64,000 nt of DNA from positions 1-64,000 of the IMG/VR virus record IMGVR_UViG_3300043419_000665. One strand, written 5' to 3'. Below are positions 28,701 to 38,047 of this stretch, one piece after another. The DNA is from an uncultured virus (IMG/VR IMGVR_UViG_3300043419_000665). Its lineage: Duplodnaviria; Heunggongvirae; Uroviricota; Caudoviricetes. Position numbers and translations under genes: made by a program. Numbering within the stretch: the first letter of the stretch is position 1; each line of letters opens with the position of its first letter. The notes under the pieces are model-generated. The model made no database searches. It worked only from the letters and a program-made list of their open reading frames with translations, and was not told the origin of the DNA.

Positions 28701-31700
28701 TCTGCCCATGTCATGTTTAATGTCTCTGCTGCTGAAAGTAGTGCTGCTAAGTCTGCTGATTGAGCAAGGGCTCGCTTTGTTGCTGCATCCATATCAAGCA
28801 TTGCATTGATTCTATCCCACTCGTCCCTGGTTTTTCCAAGAACTCTTAGTCCTTCAATTTGCTTGTCGATACTATCCTGCAATAATTTATTTGTATAGTT
28901 AAGAGCATCAATTCTTTCTTGAAGTGGTTCAATAGAATTTTCTTCAATATTCCAAATTTTATCTTCAAGATCTCTAATCTTACGTAATGCGGCTTCACGC
29001 AGTTCTTCTTTTTTGTATATTTCATCTTGCTTATCCTGAATCTGCTTTAATATTTCAAGTCTACGTGGATCAGTTTCCATACGATAAATTGCTTGTGCAT
29101 TTTGGAATTGTTTTTCACTTATCTGATCCTGAGTCAATCCGCTTTGTGGCCCTACAAGACTACCAAGTGCATTTTTTCTTGCCTGCTCCAATGCATCTGA
29201 TTGACCTGATGCAAACTGTGAGGCGCTTGTTGCTCTCATATCTTGTGCTGCTTGGGCTGCTGCTGAAATATCACCTTGAGTCAAGGCATCAGCAAGACCA
29301 AGTTGTTGCTTCTGCTGATCAAGAATATTTTGATTTATTTCTTGAACCTTTGAAAGCGCTTCTGCTTGCTCGTCGTATCTCTTGTTAACTTCATCTGCTG
29401 CATGATTTATAATTTCAAGATCATTTGAAAGCATTGTATTTTCATCTTGAATCTTCTTTATTGCACGGTCACCAAAGAAAGGATTCATTTCTAGATCACG
29501 GTTTAGGTCATTAATCTCTTCGTTTAAATCTTCTATTGGTCTTGTGTATGATTCTTCAATTACTCTTTGACCATCTTCAATTTCATCATTTAGTTCTGCA
29601 ATTCTTCTTTGGAATGGAGCAATCTGTCCTTCAAGATCTCTGATTTGTCTTTGATTGCCCTTTAGTTGCATTGCCTCTGGGCCTGTACGAATAAGTGCTT
29701 CCTGTGCTGCAAAGAGTTCGTCTACAACTTCTCTTCCCTTATCGCTGGCTTCTTTAAGTGCTCCCTTGTTAAGCAAAATCTGAATATCAATAATTTTTCT
29801 TGCTTCAATGTTATTTAGAGTCTCTGCAATTTCTTTAGCCTCTAACTTTCCATCCTTCAAATCTTCTACTAAGAATTTTGCTAACTCTGGGTCTCCAAGA
29901 ACTGCATCAATCTGATCTGTGCTATACCCAAGTTCCTTCATCTTAGAAACTAGTTCTGGCATTTTTGCATAAAGACCAAACTCCTCGTTTGCCTTTATTG
30001 CTTTATTTAAAACTGCTTGGCGCTCAAGTTCTGTATTTGCTGTCTTTATATTATTAATATATGTTTGCCATGCTGGTGATGATGTATCTATTGCTCCCGC
30101 TGCAATTGCTGCTGCTTGACCTGTGTCTGCAACAACCTCTAATGCTTTTGCTGCAGATAGTCCGCTACCAACAAGAATAGCATATGCCTTAGTTTGATTC
30201 TCTATATCCTTTATTATTGTTGCATTAGCAATGTCAAAGTTACCAAGGTCTTTTGCTTTGATTGCTTTGTCTGTTGCTTCGCCAAGTGGACCAAGACCAG
30301 ATATTGAATCCTTTGATCTTGGCTTTCCTTTTTCAAAGGTAAACATAGCCTTATCTTTTGGTAGTGCTGCAACCTTTGCAAAATCTTCTGCAGACATAGA
30401 TGCAACAGCATCTCTTAGTTCTTGACCAACACCAAGTTTTAGAAGCCTATGTTGTATACCATCAAATAAAGTAAAAGCATTCTTCTTTGTTTTATTATCT
30501 TTTAATAATTCTAGTAATGATTTTACTGGTGTGAGGGCATTAAATGCATTGTCTCTTACATTCTTTAAAGCCATTGCCAATGGTGCTAAGAATGCTAGTG
30601 GATCATTTCCTGCTCCGCTGCCACCACCTGAATCTGCATTGCCTGAAGAGTTAACAACAACCTCTCCATTTTCACCAATATAAGTTTTTGTGCTTGCAGC
30701 AACTCGGTCAACAAGTGTTTCATCTGCATTTTTTGCATTATACATAAGCGATGTTAAGTGGCCTGTAGCAGTTGTATCTCCGCCTGTAGCCTTTTGTGCA
30801 TACTTGCTATAAAATGCCAACCTGGATGCTTCATCAGCAAACACTGTTTCCATTATAGTTTTAAATTTAGAGACTGCTTCTTTTTGTGCAAAGTCTGGAA
30901 GTTTATCAAAGTCTTTCCATTTGCTAAATAATACTTCAAGGTTGCTTTCTGTCATACCCTTCATACCCTTGCCCTTGCCATTAACAAAGTAATCAAGGAT
31001 AATAGCCTTATCTATTTTCTTTGGCATTCCATCAATTGTTTTTAAATCTTGAGAAAGTTTGACAAGCATATCATAACCAATTGGTTTGCCATCAGAATCT
31101 TTCATGCTAAGGAATGCTTCCATATTAATTTCATGACCGTCTAATACTCTTAGAACTGCCAGGGTTTCACCTATTTCATTAAATGTTTTTTTATCACTAT
31201 TAATAATTTTTGTAGAAATCGTGGCTGCAGCATCGCCATCTTTAAACGCTGAAAAGTATTCTAAAATTTCTATAGTTGGTCCAGCACCCTGTCTTTGCAT
31301 TCCAACCTTTAGTGTTTGACTAAGTTCTGGTAATTTTCCTTCAAACATAAGTAAGAAGGTGTCCATTTGGTCTGGATTTAAAACCTTGTTTGCTAGAAGA
31401 AGCGACATGTCAACTTCAAAATCTTGAGCAGCCATTTGGGTCTTAAATCCTCCCTTTGTTGCATTTCCGTCACCTAATTTCAAGGTCTTGTCGCTTAACT
31501 TAGCCAATTTTTCAAGGGTTGTTCCTACTGATGTTTCAAATCCTGTACCTTTATAGGTATCTTTAACTTTAGATTTTAGGGAAGAAAAGTAGGCGGTTTC
31601 TTTTTTGTTTGATTTAAAACTATCTACATTCTGAATATTGTCTTTAAATCTTTTCTTTTCTCTGTCCATTTGAACAACGACTGCATTATTTGCAACCACC

Positions 31701-34700
31701 ATATCGTCTGCCATTTTTTCTTCTAATCCAGCAATCTTTTCTTTTATTTTTAAAAGTTTTTCTGCATTTGAAGTGGACTCTAACTCTTTTTCTAATAACT
31801 GAATTTGTTTTCTATATTGAAACTCTGTTGCATCAGCCTGTGCTTTTGCAACAGAAATATTGTTTACAGAAAGTGCTGCAAGTTGTGCAGCCTCTGTTCT
31901 ACCACCATCCATACTCATTGGTGAGTAGTTTTTATTCATTGCATCGATAACTCTATCAGATCTCTTGTTTGTCTCCTGAACAATTTGCATTCTAACCTTT
32001 AGAGGATTATTTGCTAGATCTTCTCCGTTTACACCAATAACTTCTCTTAAGTTTCCAACAATATCAGCAGTGTACTTTCTGCTGCCTAGTTGTACTCCTA
32101 TTTGATCAGCAATGTCTGCTGCTTGTGCTGCATCTAAAACTCCATCTGAAACATATGTTGATAATTGTAAAGCAAAATCTTTTGCTGCTGCCTGTGAACC
32201 AGATTTGGACATTTCTTTTACAAAGCCATCCACCATTTTCTTTCCAATTTCTGACCTTAAGAATGTATCTCCAAAGCCAGTTCCTGCTCGTTCAACATCG
32301 TTGTATGAACCAAATGATCCCTTCTTTCTTACTTCGTCCATTGCACGAGAAGCGCCAACCTTGTCTGTTATCTTTCCTATCTCGTCCATCTTATTAGTTG
32401 TTGCTGATATTGAATCTACATACTGGGCTTGCTTTTTAGCAGAATTTTCAAAATGCTTATTTAATAAAAACAGTCCTGCACCTGCTGCTACTATTGCAGT
32501 TGTAACCCAGCCAGTTGGCCCCATACCCGCAAGCATTGGAGCCATACCTGCAACTGTTGAAGCGCCCAGCATTGCCATACCGCCCGATGTATTGCCAGAC
32601 ATCATCATTGCAGATCCAGCCATGCCAAGCCCCATAGCCAATCCGCCTGATGCTACTCCAACTTTTTGTGCACGATAGTCTCTTTTTTCTTTAATCTTAT
32701 TTTTTCGTGCTTGTGCATCTTGTTTTTGTGACTGCTTAAGATTGTTTAGTTTTCTTCTTTCATCTTCGTCTAATGCTTCTTGATAATACCTTGCCTGATT
32801 ATAGTTAAGATTTGAAAGATGTTGCTGCTTTCTAAATCTGGCTCTTGCTTCATTAGTCTGTCTTCTGCGGTCTGCATCATCTAACTTTTGATTTCTTACT
32901 TGTTGGGTTACGGATTCTGATTTACCCTTAGCAAGTTTTGCTTCATCCTTTGCAACCTTTCTTAATACTTTATCAATTTCATCTTGGCTATATCCCTTTG
33001 CACGAAGATCTGCTGCTACTCTACCCTGGCGAACTGTAGGGTTTGGCATTGGTCTGTCTGCTTGAGAATCAAATCTTGGATCACCCGTAGCCATTCCAGG
33101 CATAGAGAATCCAGGTACAGATGCAAAACCTCTACGGAAATTTGCAAACTGTCTTCTAGTTACAACTGTTTGGTTTGGTGTTAATGATGTTCCTCTGCTA
33201 TCTTTACGACTTCCGCTGCTTGGAACTGCTCCAGCCTTTGCTGCAGTAGTATTAGAATCTGTTAATTTTTCTGTTCTTATTACTCTTTTGGTTTTTGGAT
33301 CAATTGTCATCTTGGTCTCACTACCGTCAGGGTTTACTAAGACTGGCAATGTTTTATCTGATCCACTCTTAAGGTTGAACTCTGGTTGAGGAGAACTATA
33401 GTACTTTGTGCCAAATCTATCATCGAGAACAGCCAAGACTCCCTTAGCAGTTTTTGCTGGTCCTAGTTTTGGGAACCTCTTTGGCTTTCTTCCTGCTTTT
33501 GCTTCACTGTCTTTGTATTGCTGCGCTAGAACATCAAGTTCTGCTGCTTTTTGGACTAACCTTGCTTCTCTTTCATTTGTTGGATGACCACCCTTTGACA
33601 TGAACTCAGCAGCCTCAGTATAAATTCCAATCTGATTTTTTGGAATAAACGGGTGTCCATTTTTTGCACTCCAGTCTAAAATCTTGCCGTGTCTAACTGA
33701 AGCGTTCATAAACTTATTTAATATACCTAAATCAAACATAGCAGAGCCTGTTAACCATTTAGCAGGGCCCTTACCAGGTTTTCCAGTTTTACTTATATGG
33801 GATAGTTCAGTTCTTAGTGCAGTATCAATTTCTTTTGGTTTGTATCCCAAAGCAACAAGTTTTTCTCTTACTGGCTTTAATGGATCATTTTTTCCTGCAA
33901 TTTTATTTTGTTCTGTAAAGGCCTTTTCTTCAGCATCTAAAACTTGATACAACTCAGAATCTCTAGGAACGTTTCCTCTCCAAGATCCACTTTCTTTTCC
34001 TACAGGGCTAACTGCATTTCTTAATCTAGAGGCAGCATTAATTTTTTTATCGCTTACAAATTCTCCATCTTTTTGTCTTACACCCATCTGATAAAAAACT
34101 TTTTGCATTACTTCTTCATATGTTCTTCCATAAACTCTTCCAGCATCTAAAGTTTTTTTGTCGTGATAAAGTCCATCTTTGTAAATAAGTTCCTCGTCAA
34201 CAAACTTAAGCATATTGCTTTGGCTCAGATAATCTTCTAAGGTCTGTGGACCAATTACTGCTGGTGTCCTTGCATTCATTTTTTGTTTTGCAATTGCATC
34301 TAGTACTCTTCTTTGTTGCTCTTCAGGTAGTTGCTTAAAATCTCTAGCAGCCTGAGCAGCAAGACCTTTTCTTAGTGTTGATATCTGTCTTTGTGATTCT
34401 GGAATATTTTTAAACTTTTCAAAATCTCCAAGTGCAAGTTTTTTAACACCTTCTGATGCACGAGCATGAACTGGATGAAGTTCATCCCAGTGTACTTTTG
34501 CTCCAGCCTTAAGTCTTTCAAGCATGTTGTTGTAAACAACTTGCTCTTCTGGATTTAAATCCCCACTCCAAGACTTAATAAGTCTTTCTAGTTTTGGAAT
34601 AGAACTATTAATCTCTCCTTTAATTGCATCATCATATTGTTTTGGTGTCATGCTTGCTGCAACACCTGATGTTTCTTGTGCAAAGAACTTCTTTGCGCCT

Positions 34701-37672
34701 CCCTTTACACCAAGCAAGTTAACAACTGCTTGCTCCTCCATGCTTGGCATTGCTTTTGAGAAATCTCTAAAACCAGATGCTCTATCAAACACTCCAGCCG
34801 TTCCAACATCTGCTAACACATTTCCAGACAAATTTGGTTGCTGTAAATCTTTGTCTCCTCTTAATGTTGAAGCAACTAACTGCTTAACCATATCAGACTT
34901 GCTAAACTTGCCATCCATTGCTGCTATTCTTGGATCATACGGTGATTCAATTACTATAAACTTTCTTTGACCTGATGGATCTGTTGGGTCAATCATTGTT
35001 CTAATACTTTGTTTTGGTGCAACTAGACCATGAACCTGTCTTGCAATTTCAGTAGCACGAACTTCTGCTAACGCAGTCTTTTCATCTATTGTTGGTTTTA
35101 CTACAACAATCTTTCCATTAGGCTTTCTGTATATACCGCCAACTCCTTGAACAGGGAAACTTCTTCCAGAAAATGGCTGAAGCAGTGTCCCAAAGTTTGA
35201 TGGAGGCAAAGTTCCAAATCTTCCGACACTTACTTGATCACTAATTTTTTCTACTATCTGCCTTGACTGAGATGTTTTATCGCTTGACTTTGGCATTCCA
35301 ACAAATACTGGACCAGTTGGAACTTCTGGATGAGGCTCGTTATATCCTTGTCTTGCATCATCTCTTCTTCTATACTTTGCTTGCTGTGCTTTTCTAACTG
35401 CTGCTGGTCCATCAGATAGTGGTATTCCTCTACCTGGTCCACCAGGAAGTCTTCCAGCCATAAAACCTGGAACCTTATCCTGGAACATGGCACTAATAAG
35501 TCCTCTATATTTGTTTGTTGTATCTGTAGGAATAACTGCTTCTCCTGGAGAAAGCATTGCTGGAACAACATCTCCTGCACCCTTTGGACCTGGAACACTC
35601 AGGATTCCCTCTGCATACTTTTTAACTGGTGGCAACTTGCTTACTGCACGTCGTGCACCTGGTACTCCACCTGCAAACAATGAAGGATTCTGTGCAGCCA
35701 TAGTTCTCATTTGTGTGCTAAGAGCATGATAGGATGCAGCAAGATTATTTACGGAAACCTTTTCAACATTAAATACTTCGATCAATCTTGTATGTGTTTG
35801 GTGTAACTGTTGAGAGGCAGCAGCAGATTCTATCTGCTCTTGAGTCATGTAGTTAAATCCTGCACCCATTACAGATGTCTGTCCATTTAACTTTGCTATT
35901 CCTCCACGCAGCATTGCAAAGAATTTAATAACATTTGCTACGCCGTTTGCAAGTAAACCAAATGTCATAAGAAGTACTGGTCCAAGACCTGCAACAACTC
36001 CAACTATGACAGCAACTACCTTTTTAGTTTGATCGCTTAATCCATTAAACTTTTCAAATATGTTACCAAAAAACTTAACAACTGGAGTTAGTGCTTCAAG
36101 AAACGCTTTACCTAATGGCATGATCTCTTGCTTGAACTGTTCTATTGCTGCCTGAAACTTAACCCCTACTGAGTCTTCAATCTTCTTCATTTCTCGCTCA
36201 GACAAGACTGCTAATTCTTCTATAGTAGATCCTGCTAAGTCAAGTGCTCTTGATGCCTGAGTTCCATCTTTTGCAACATTTTGGAACAAGGTAGAAAGAC
36301 GAGCAAACTGGAACTTTCCAAACATTTGCTCAATTGCTCTTGCACGATTAAGTGGATCGAGTGTATCAAGTGCTTGAGCAAATCCAATAACTGTTGCCTT
36401 GATATCTCCCTGGTTTGCTTCTACAATTCCTTTAACATTGATACCAAGATCTGCAAGGAATCCTGCTGCCTTCTTGGATGGGTTAATTAGGGATGCTAGA
36501 CCAGACTTTAATGCGTTAGCACCTTCAGATGCGTTGATTCCACCTTCTTTCATTGCAGTCATAAAGAATGCAAGGTCTTCAACGTTTCCGCCAAGTTGTT
36601 TAATTACTGGTGCTGCTTTTGGAATAGCGATTGTTAAATCTTCAATTGAAAGAACGGTCTGGTTTTCTACTGCGTTAAGGAAGTCAATCTTTTTTGCAAG
36701 TTCTTCGCTAGACAAACCAAAAGCATTTTGTAAAGACATAGTTGTTTCAAGTGCTTGCTGTTGTTCTACTTGTCCAAGCACTGCTAGTTTAGTTGCAGTT
36801 TCAACCTGAGTATTTAATGCTGCTCCTGCAAAACCTGCTGCTGCTGCTGTTCCAGCCATCTCCATTGTTTTTGTAACAGAGACTCCGTACTTTGTATATT
36901 CAGTTGCTAACTTTCTAATGTTTTCAACTGCAGCATTTACTTCTGCATCATTTGTAACTGCTGTTCCATACACACGCTTAAACTTAACAATCTCTGTTTC
37001 AAGTTCTCTAAATGCTTTTGCAGCAGATGCACCAAATAAAGCAAGTGGCATTGTAAGACCAACCATCAACTGGCGACCTGCCCACTGAGTATTCTTACCG
37101 AAGTTCAGGAGTTGTGTTGATCCCTGCTTTAGTAATTGATTTAAGAACTGCTGTCTTTGTGCAGCATACTGAATTCTTGCTCCAAGTTCAGTAAATCTTC
37201 CACTAGCCATCTGAAGATTTTTTGGCATAATGCGAATAGCATCCATAAAGCCAGCATTGGCTTTGTTCATCTGGATGTATTGTGCTTGTAAAGCCTTTAC
37301 TCTGTCTCGTCTTGCACGGTTGATAATTTCTCGCTCTTGTGCAAAAGCCCTGCCCATAACACGAGTGTTGGCAGTTGCTGCTGCCATTGTGTATCTGTAG
37401 TATTCACGAAGCGAAAGTTTATTTTTTTCTAAAGCAGATGTAAATGCTAGTGTACTTCCTGCAACCTTAACTTGGCTTGCAGAGAACTTTCCTGTTGCTC
37501 CAAGAGACTGAAGCAGTTGTGCGTTTAAACCTTTTTGTGCATTTGCAGCAGCCAGGTTGCCCTCAGCAAGTGATTGATGAAACTTACTGAGGCCTGCCTG
37601 AAGTTGTCGAAGTTGTGCAAGGGCGGCAGCCGTATTAAAATTAATATTTATATTAGAGTTTACATCTGCCAA
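25799..37672 (-). CDS. Giant tape measure protein with inserted enzyme-like domains (3957 aa)
   Basis: Between tail chaperones and Dit; TP901-type core (ATKLAVLG..GINASEGANALKSGLASLINPS..IEQMFGK); hydrophobic segments; long coiled coils; three VPAML(S/T)PGE modules; TTG start. Confidence 0.9.
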   Translation of the reverse strand: MADVNSNININFNTAAALAQLRQLQAGLSKFHQSLAEGNLAAANAQKGLNAQLLQSLGATGKFSASQVKVAGSTLAFTSALEKNKLSLREYYRYTMAAATANTRVMGRAFAQEREIINRARRDRVKALQAQYIQMNKANAGFMDAIRIMPKNLQMASGRFTELGARIQYAAQRQQFLNQLLKQGSTQLLNFGKNTQWAGRQLMVGLTMPLALFGASAAKAFRELETEIVKFKRVYGTAVTNDAEVNAAVENIRKLATEYTKYGVSVTKTMEMAGTAAAAGFAGAALNTQVETATKLAVLGQVEQQQALETTMSLQNAFGLSSEELAKKIDFLNAVENQTVLSIEDLTIAIPKAAPVIKQLGGNVEDLAFFMTAMKEGGINASEGANALKSGLASLINPSKKAAGFLADLGINVKGIVEANQGDIKATVIGFAQALDTLDPLNRARAIEQMFGKFQFARLSTLFQNVAKDGTQASRALDLAGSTIEELAVLSEREMKKIEDSVGVKFQAAIEQFKQEIMPLGKAFLEALTPVVKFFGNIFEKFNGLSDQTKKVVAVIVGVVAGLGPVLLMTFGLLANGVANVIKFFAMLRGGIAKLNGQTSVMGAGFNYMTQEQIESAAASQQLHQTHTRLIEVFNVEKVSVNNLAASYHALSTQMRTMAAQNPSLFAGGVPGARRAVSKLPPVKKYAEGILSVPGPKGAGDVVPAMLSPGEAVIPTDTTNKYRGLISAMFQDKVPGFMAGRLPGGPGRGIPLSDGPAAVRKAQQAKYRRRDDARQGYNEPHPEVPTGPVFVGMPKSSDKTSQSRQIVEKISDQVSVGRFGTLPPSNFGTLLQPFSGRSFPVQGVGGIYRKPNGKIVVVKPTIDEKTALAEVRATEIARQVHGLVAPKQSIRTMIDPTDPSGQRKFIVIESPYDPRIAAMDGKFSKSDMVKQLVASTLRGDKDLQQPNLSGNVLADVGTAGVFDRASGFRDFSKAMPSMEEQAVVNLLGVKGGAKKFFAQETSGVAASMTPKQYDDAIKGEINSSIPKLERLIKSWSGDLNPEEQVVYNNMLERLKAGAKVHWDELHPVHARASEGVKKLALGDFEKFKNIPESQRQISTLRKGLAAQAARDFKQLPEEQQRRVLDAIAKQKMNARTPAVIGPQTLEDYLSQSNMLKFVDEELIYKDGLYHDKKTLDAGRVYGRTYEEVMQKVFYQMGVRQKDGEFVSDKKINAASRLRNAVSPVGKESGSWRGNVPRDSELYQVLDAEEKAFTEQNKIAGKNDPLKPVREKLVALGYKPKEIDTALRTELSHISKTGKPGKGPAKWLTGSAMFDLGILNKFMNASVRHGKILDWSAKNGHPFIPKNQIGIYTEAAEFMSKGGHPTNEREARLVQKAAELDVLAQQYKDSEAKAGRKPKRFPKLGPAKTAKGVLAVLDDRFGTKYYSSPQPEFNLKSGSDKTLPVLVNPDGSETKMTIDPKTKRVIRTEKLTDSNTTAAKAGAVPSSGSRKDSRGTSLTPNQTVVTRRQFANFRRGFASVPGFSMPGMATGDPRFDSQADRPMPNPTVRQGRVAADLRAKGYSQDEIDKVLRKVAKDEAKLAKGKSESVTQQVRNQKLDDADRRRQTNEARARFRKQQHLSNLNYNQARYYQEALDEDERRKLNNLKQSQKQDAQARKNKIKEKRDYRAQKVGVASGGLAMGLGMAGSAMMMSGNTSGGMAMLGASTVAGMAPMLAGMGPTGWVTTAIVAAGAGLFLLNKHFENSAKKQAQYVDSISATTNKMDEIGKITDKVGASRAMDEVRKKGSFGSYNDVERAGTGFGDTFLRSEIGKKMVDGFVKEMSKSGSQAAAKDFALQLSTYVSDGVLDAAQAADIADQIGVQLGSRKYTADIVGNLREVIGVNGEDLANNPLKVRMQIVQETNKRSDRVIDAMNKNYSPMSMDGGRTEAAQLAALSVNNISVAKAQADATEFQYRKQIQLLEKELESTSNAEKLLKIKEKIAGLEEKMADDMVVANNAVVVQMDREKKRFKDNIQNVDSFKSNKKETAYFSSLKSKVKDTYKGTGFETSVGTTLEKLAKLSDKTLKLGDGNATKGGFKTQMAAQDFEVDMSLLLANKVLNPDQMDTFLLMFEGKLPELSQTLKVGMQRQGAGPTIEILEYFSAFKDGDAAATISTKIINSDKKTFNEIGETLAVLRVLDGHEINMEAFLSMKDSDGKPIGYDMLVKLSQDLKTIDGMPKKIDKAIILDYFVNGKGKGMKGMTESNLEVLFSKWKDFDKLPDFAQKEAVSKFKTIMETVFADEASRLAFYSKYAQKATGGDTTATGHLTSLMYNAKNADETLVDRVAASTKTYIGENGEVVVNSSGNADSGGGSGAGNDPLAFLAPLAMALKNVRDNAFNALTPVKSLLELLKDNKTKKNAFTLFDGIQHRLLKLGVGQELRDAVASMSAEDFAKVAALPKDKAMFTFEKGKPRSKDSISGLGPLGEATDKAIKAKDLGNFDIANATIIKDIENQTKAYAILVGSGLSAAKALEVVADTGQAAAIAAGAIDTSSPAWQTYINNIKTANTELERQAVLNKAIKANEEFGLYAKMPELVSKMKELGYSTDQIDAVLGDPELAKFLVEDLKDGKLEAKEIAETLNNIEARKIIDIQILLNKGALKEASDKGREVVDELFAAQEALIRTGPEAMQLKGNQRQIRDLEGQIAPFQRRIAELNDEIEDGQRVIEESYTRPIEDLNEEINDLNRDLEMNPFFGDRAIKKIQDENTMLSNDLEIINHAADEVNKRYDEQAEALSKVQEINQNILDQQKQQLGLADALTQGDISAAAQAAQDMRATSASQFASGQSDALEQARKNALGSLVGPQSGLTQDQISEKQFQNAQAIYRMETDPRRLEILKQIQDKQDEIYKKEELREAALRKIRDLEDKIWNIEENSIEPLQERIDALNYTNKLLQDSIDKQIEGLRVLGKTRDEWDRINAMLDMDAATKRALAQSADLAALLSAAETLNMTWADILAKMAQYANGIPGAVQNAMNQIGGVGAEAYVAPQETQATISEAEKFDNTVQALDAAIAAYESAVASGNMYRVRNAGIALAAIQSAYDATLPEVDPNAKPGGGLTGKYGMLYQADGGFIPKGTDTVPAMLTPGEFVVRKSAVDQYGQDFLNDINVQRFSTGGTVGAPHGLGMSSMGSRSTNTQDERATSLFDKKIWEKTANFFSLPSIAKTALDIAKYGGIPQMFAAKAMGAETKSSLKDNLNAALAVAPVPGLKAVKPAINKLGSIIPKTIKESLGKNGIDIFNKILNKANAVTTTKPNTSLVEEKLTTNTNTVSSKESNMDDWGSWDSDNWVMPKQPWDTRLGMKIQGMNPIRNKIANAVYSPRRFFENLSPKISQAWRLGEKEPTINNSFLSTKLGSLVAAKVAPTVADLGKALNPKRLIDTPLDERSYLQRSMVSGENGKKTASYGNAFKNIASDITSPITSRFNKVKDSATNFLIGKYEKTNFGRNMSLSRQIADVGGDNADELVKHYKTQAILDSIPGGLGALIQMKRGIHRHGKLIEDLPSPLERFLASKFDGAKTPMNAYGPGLYSATSPATSKQFFNTFGDNQYGIDLTPKAMFKVLTSKGFIDPPKMAKYKENYIKTTGTQPRDMGNINADTTDPFMQSLMRDGYIGYRHGDAYTNWGVGNIPGMRLKFKDGPDLKAVVKDGKTVFVPRTDIPKIVEPNLNNTQKIGTNKSLIAKASALAAAITGLSLFKTSEARADEYFPPKPKSAYDSDNKPTGSPTSRYWGELERLHQQSPLGFDTKGKPIFNDAGKDPWGGTEIPGLPFNGKVANFSDYFHQLAEQPKKSISNPMDVDKSLRPLVGSGASMGGSGNGFYGLQMFSKGGLVPKYFAEGGYASGTDTVPAMLTPGEFVMSRYAVQSHGADTMRAINSGQSAGDSVYNYSISVNVKSDANPDEIARVVMTQIKGIDSQKLRGNRL

Positions 37673-37691
37673 TTCTCATGCACCCCCTTAT

Positions 37692-38018
37692 TTATTTGTT
37701 TAGCGAATTAAGCAATGCTCCTGCATCGGAGTTTTGAAGTCCTGATGCTACATCGATAATTTGATAAACAGTTGGAAGGTCTAGAAGATCCTCTAGCGCT
37801 TCTCTGTCTTCTGCCAATTCTGGCTTGAATTGCTTTAGTGCGATTTGTGCACAATCAATAAGGATATCCATTGACTTATCATTATCATCTGATGACTCTG
37901 CTAATAGAGAAAACTTAGCCATGAATGGTCTAAGCAATGATAACTTAAGTGGTCTTGCTACAATCTCTGTACCGTCGATTAGTGTGATACTTTTGCTGTT
38001 TAAAGGCTTGTCAGCCAT
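37692..38018 (-). CDS. Tail assembly chaperone (short, G-like)
   Basis: Directly before the tape measure; paralogous to the N-half of the upstream gene; AGGAGG RBS and own TGGTATAAT (38047-38055). Confidence 0.7.
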   Translation of the reverse strand: MADKPLNSKSITLIDGTEIVARPLKLSLLRPFMAKFSLLAESSDDNDKSMDILIDCAQIALKQFKPELAEDREALEDLLDLPTVYQIIDVASGLQNSDAGALLNSLNK

Positions 38019-38047
38019 AGTGTTCCTCCTTGTAGGTTAACAATTAA

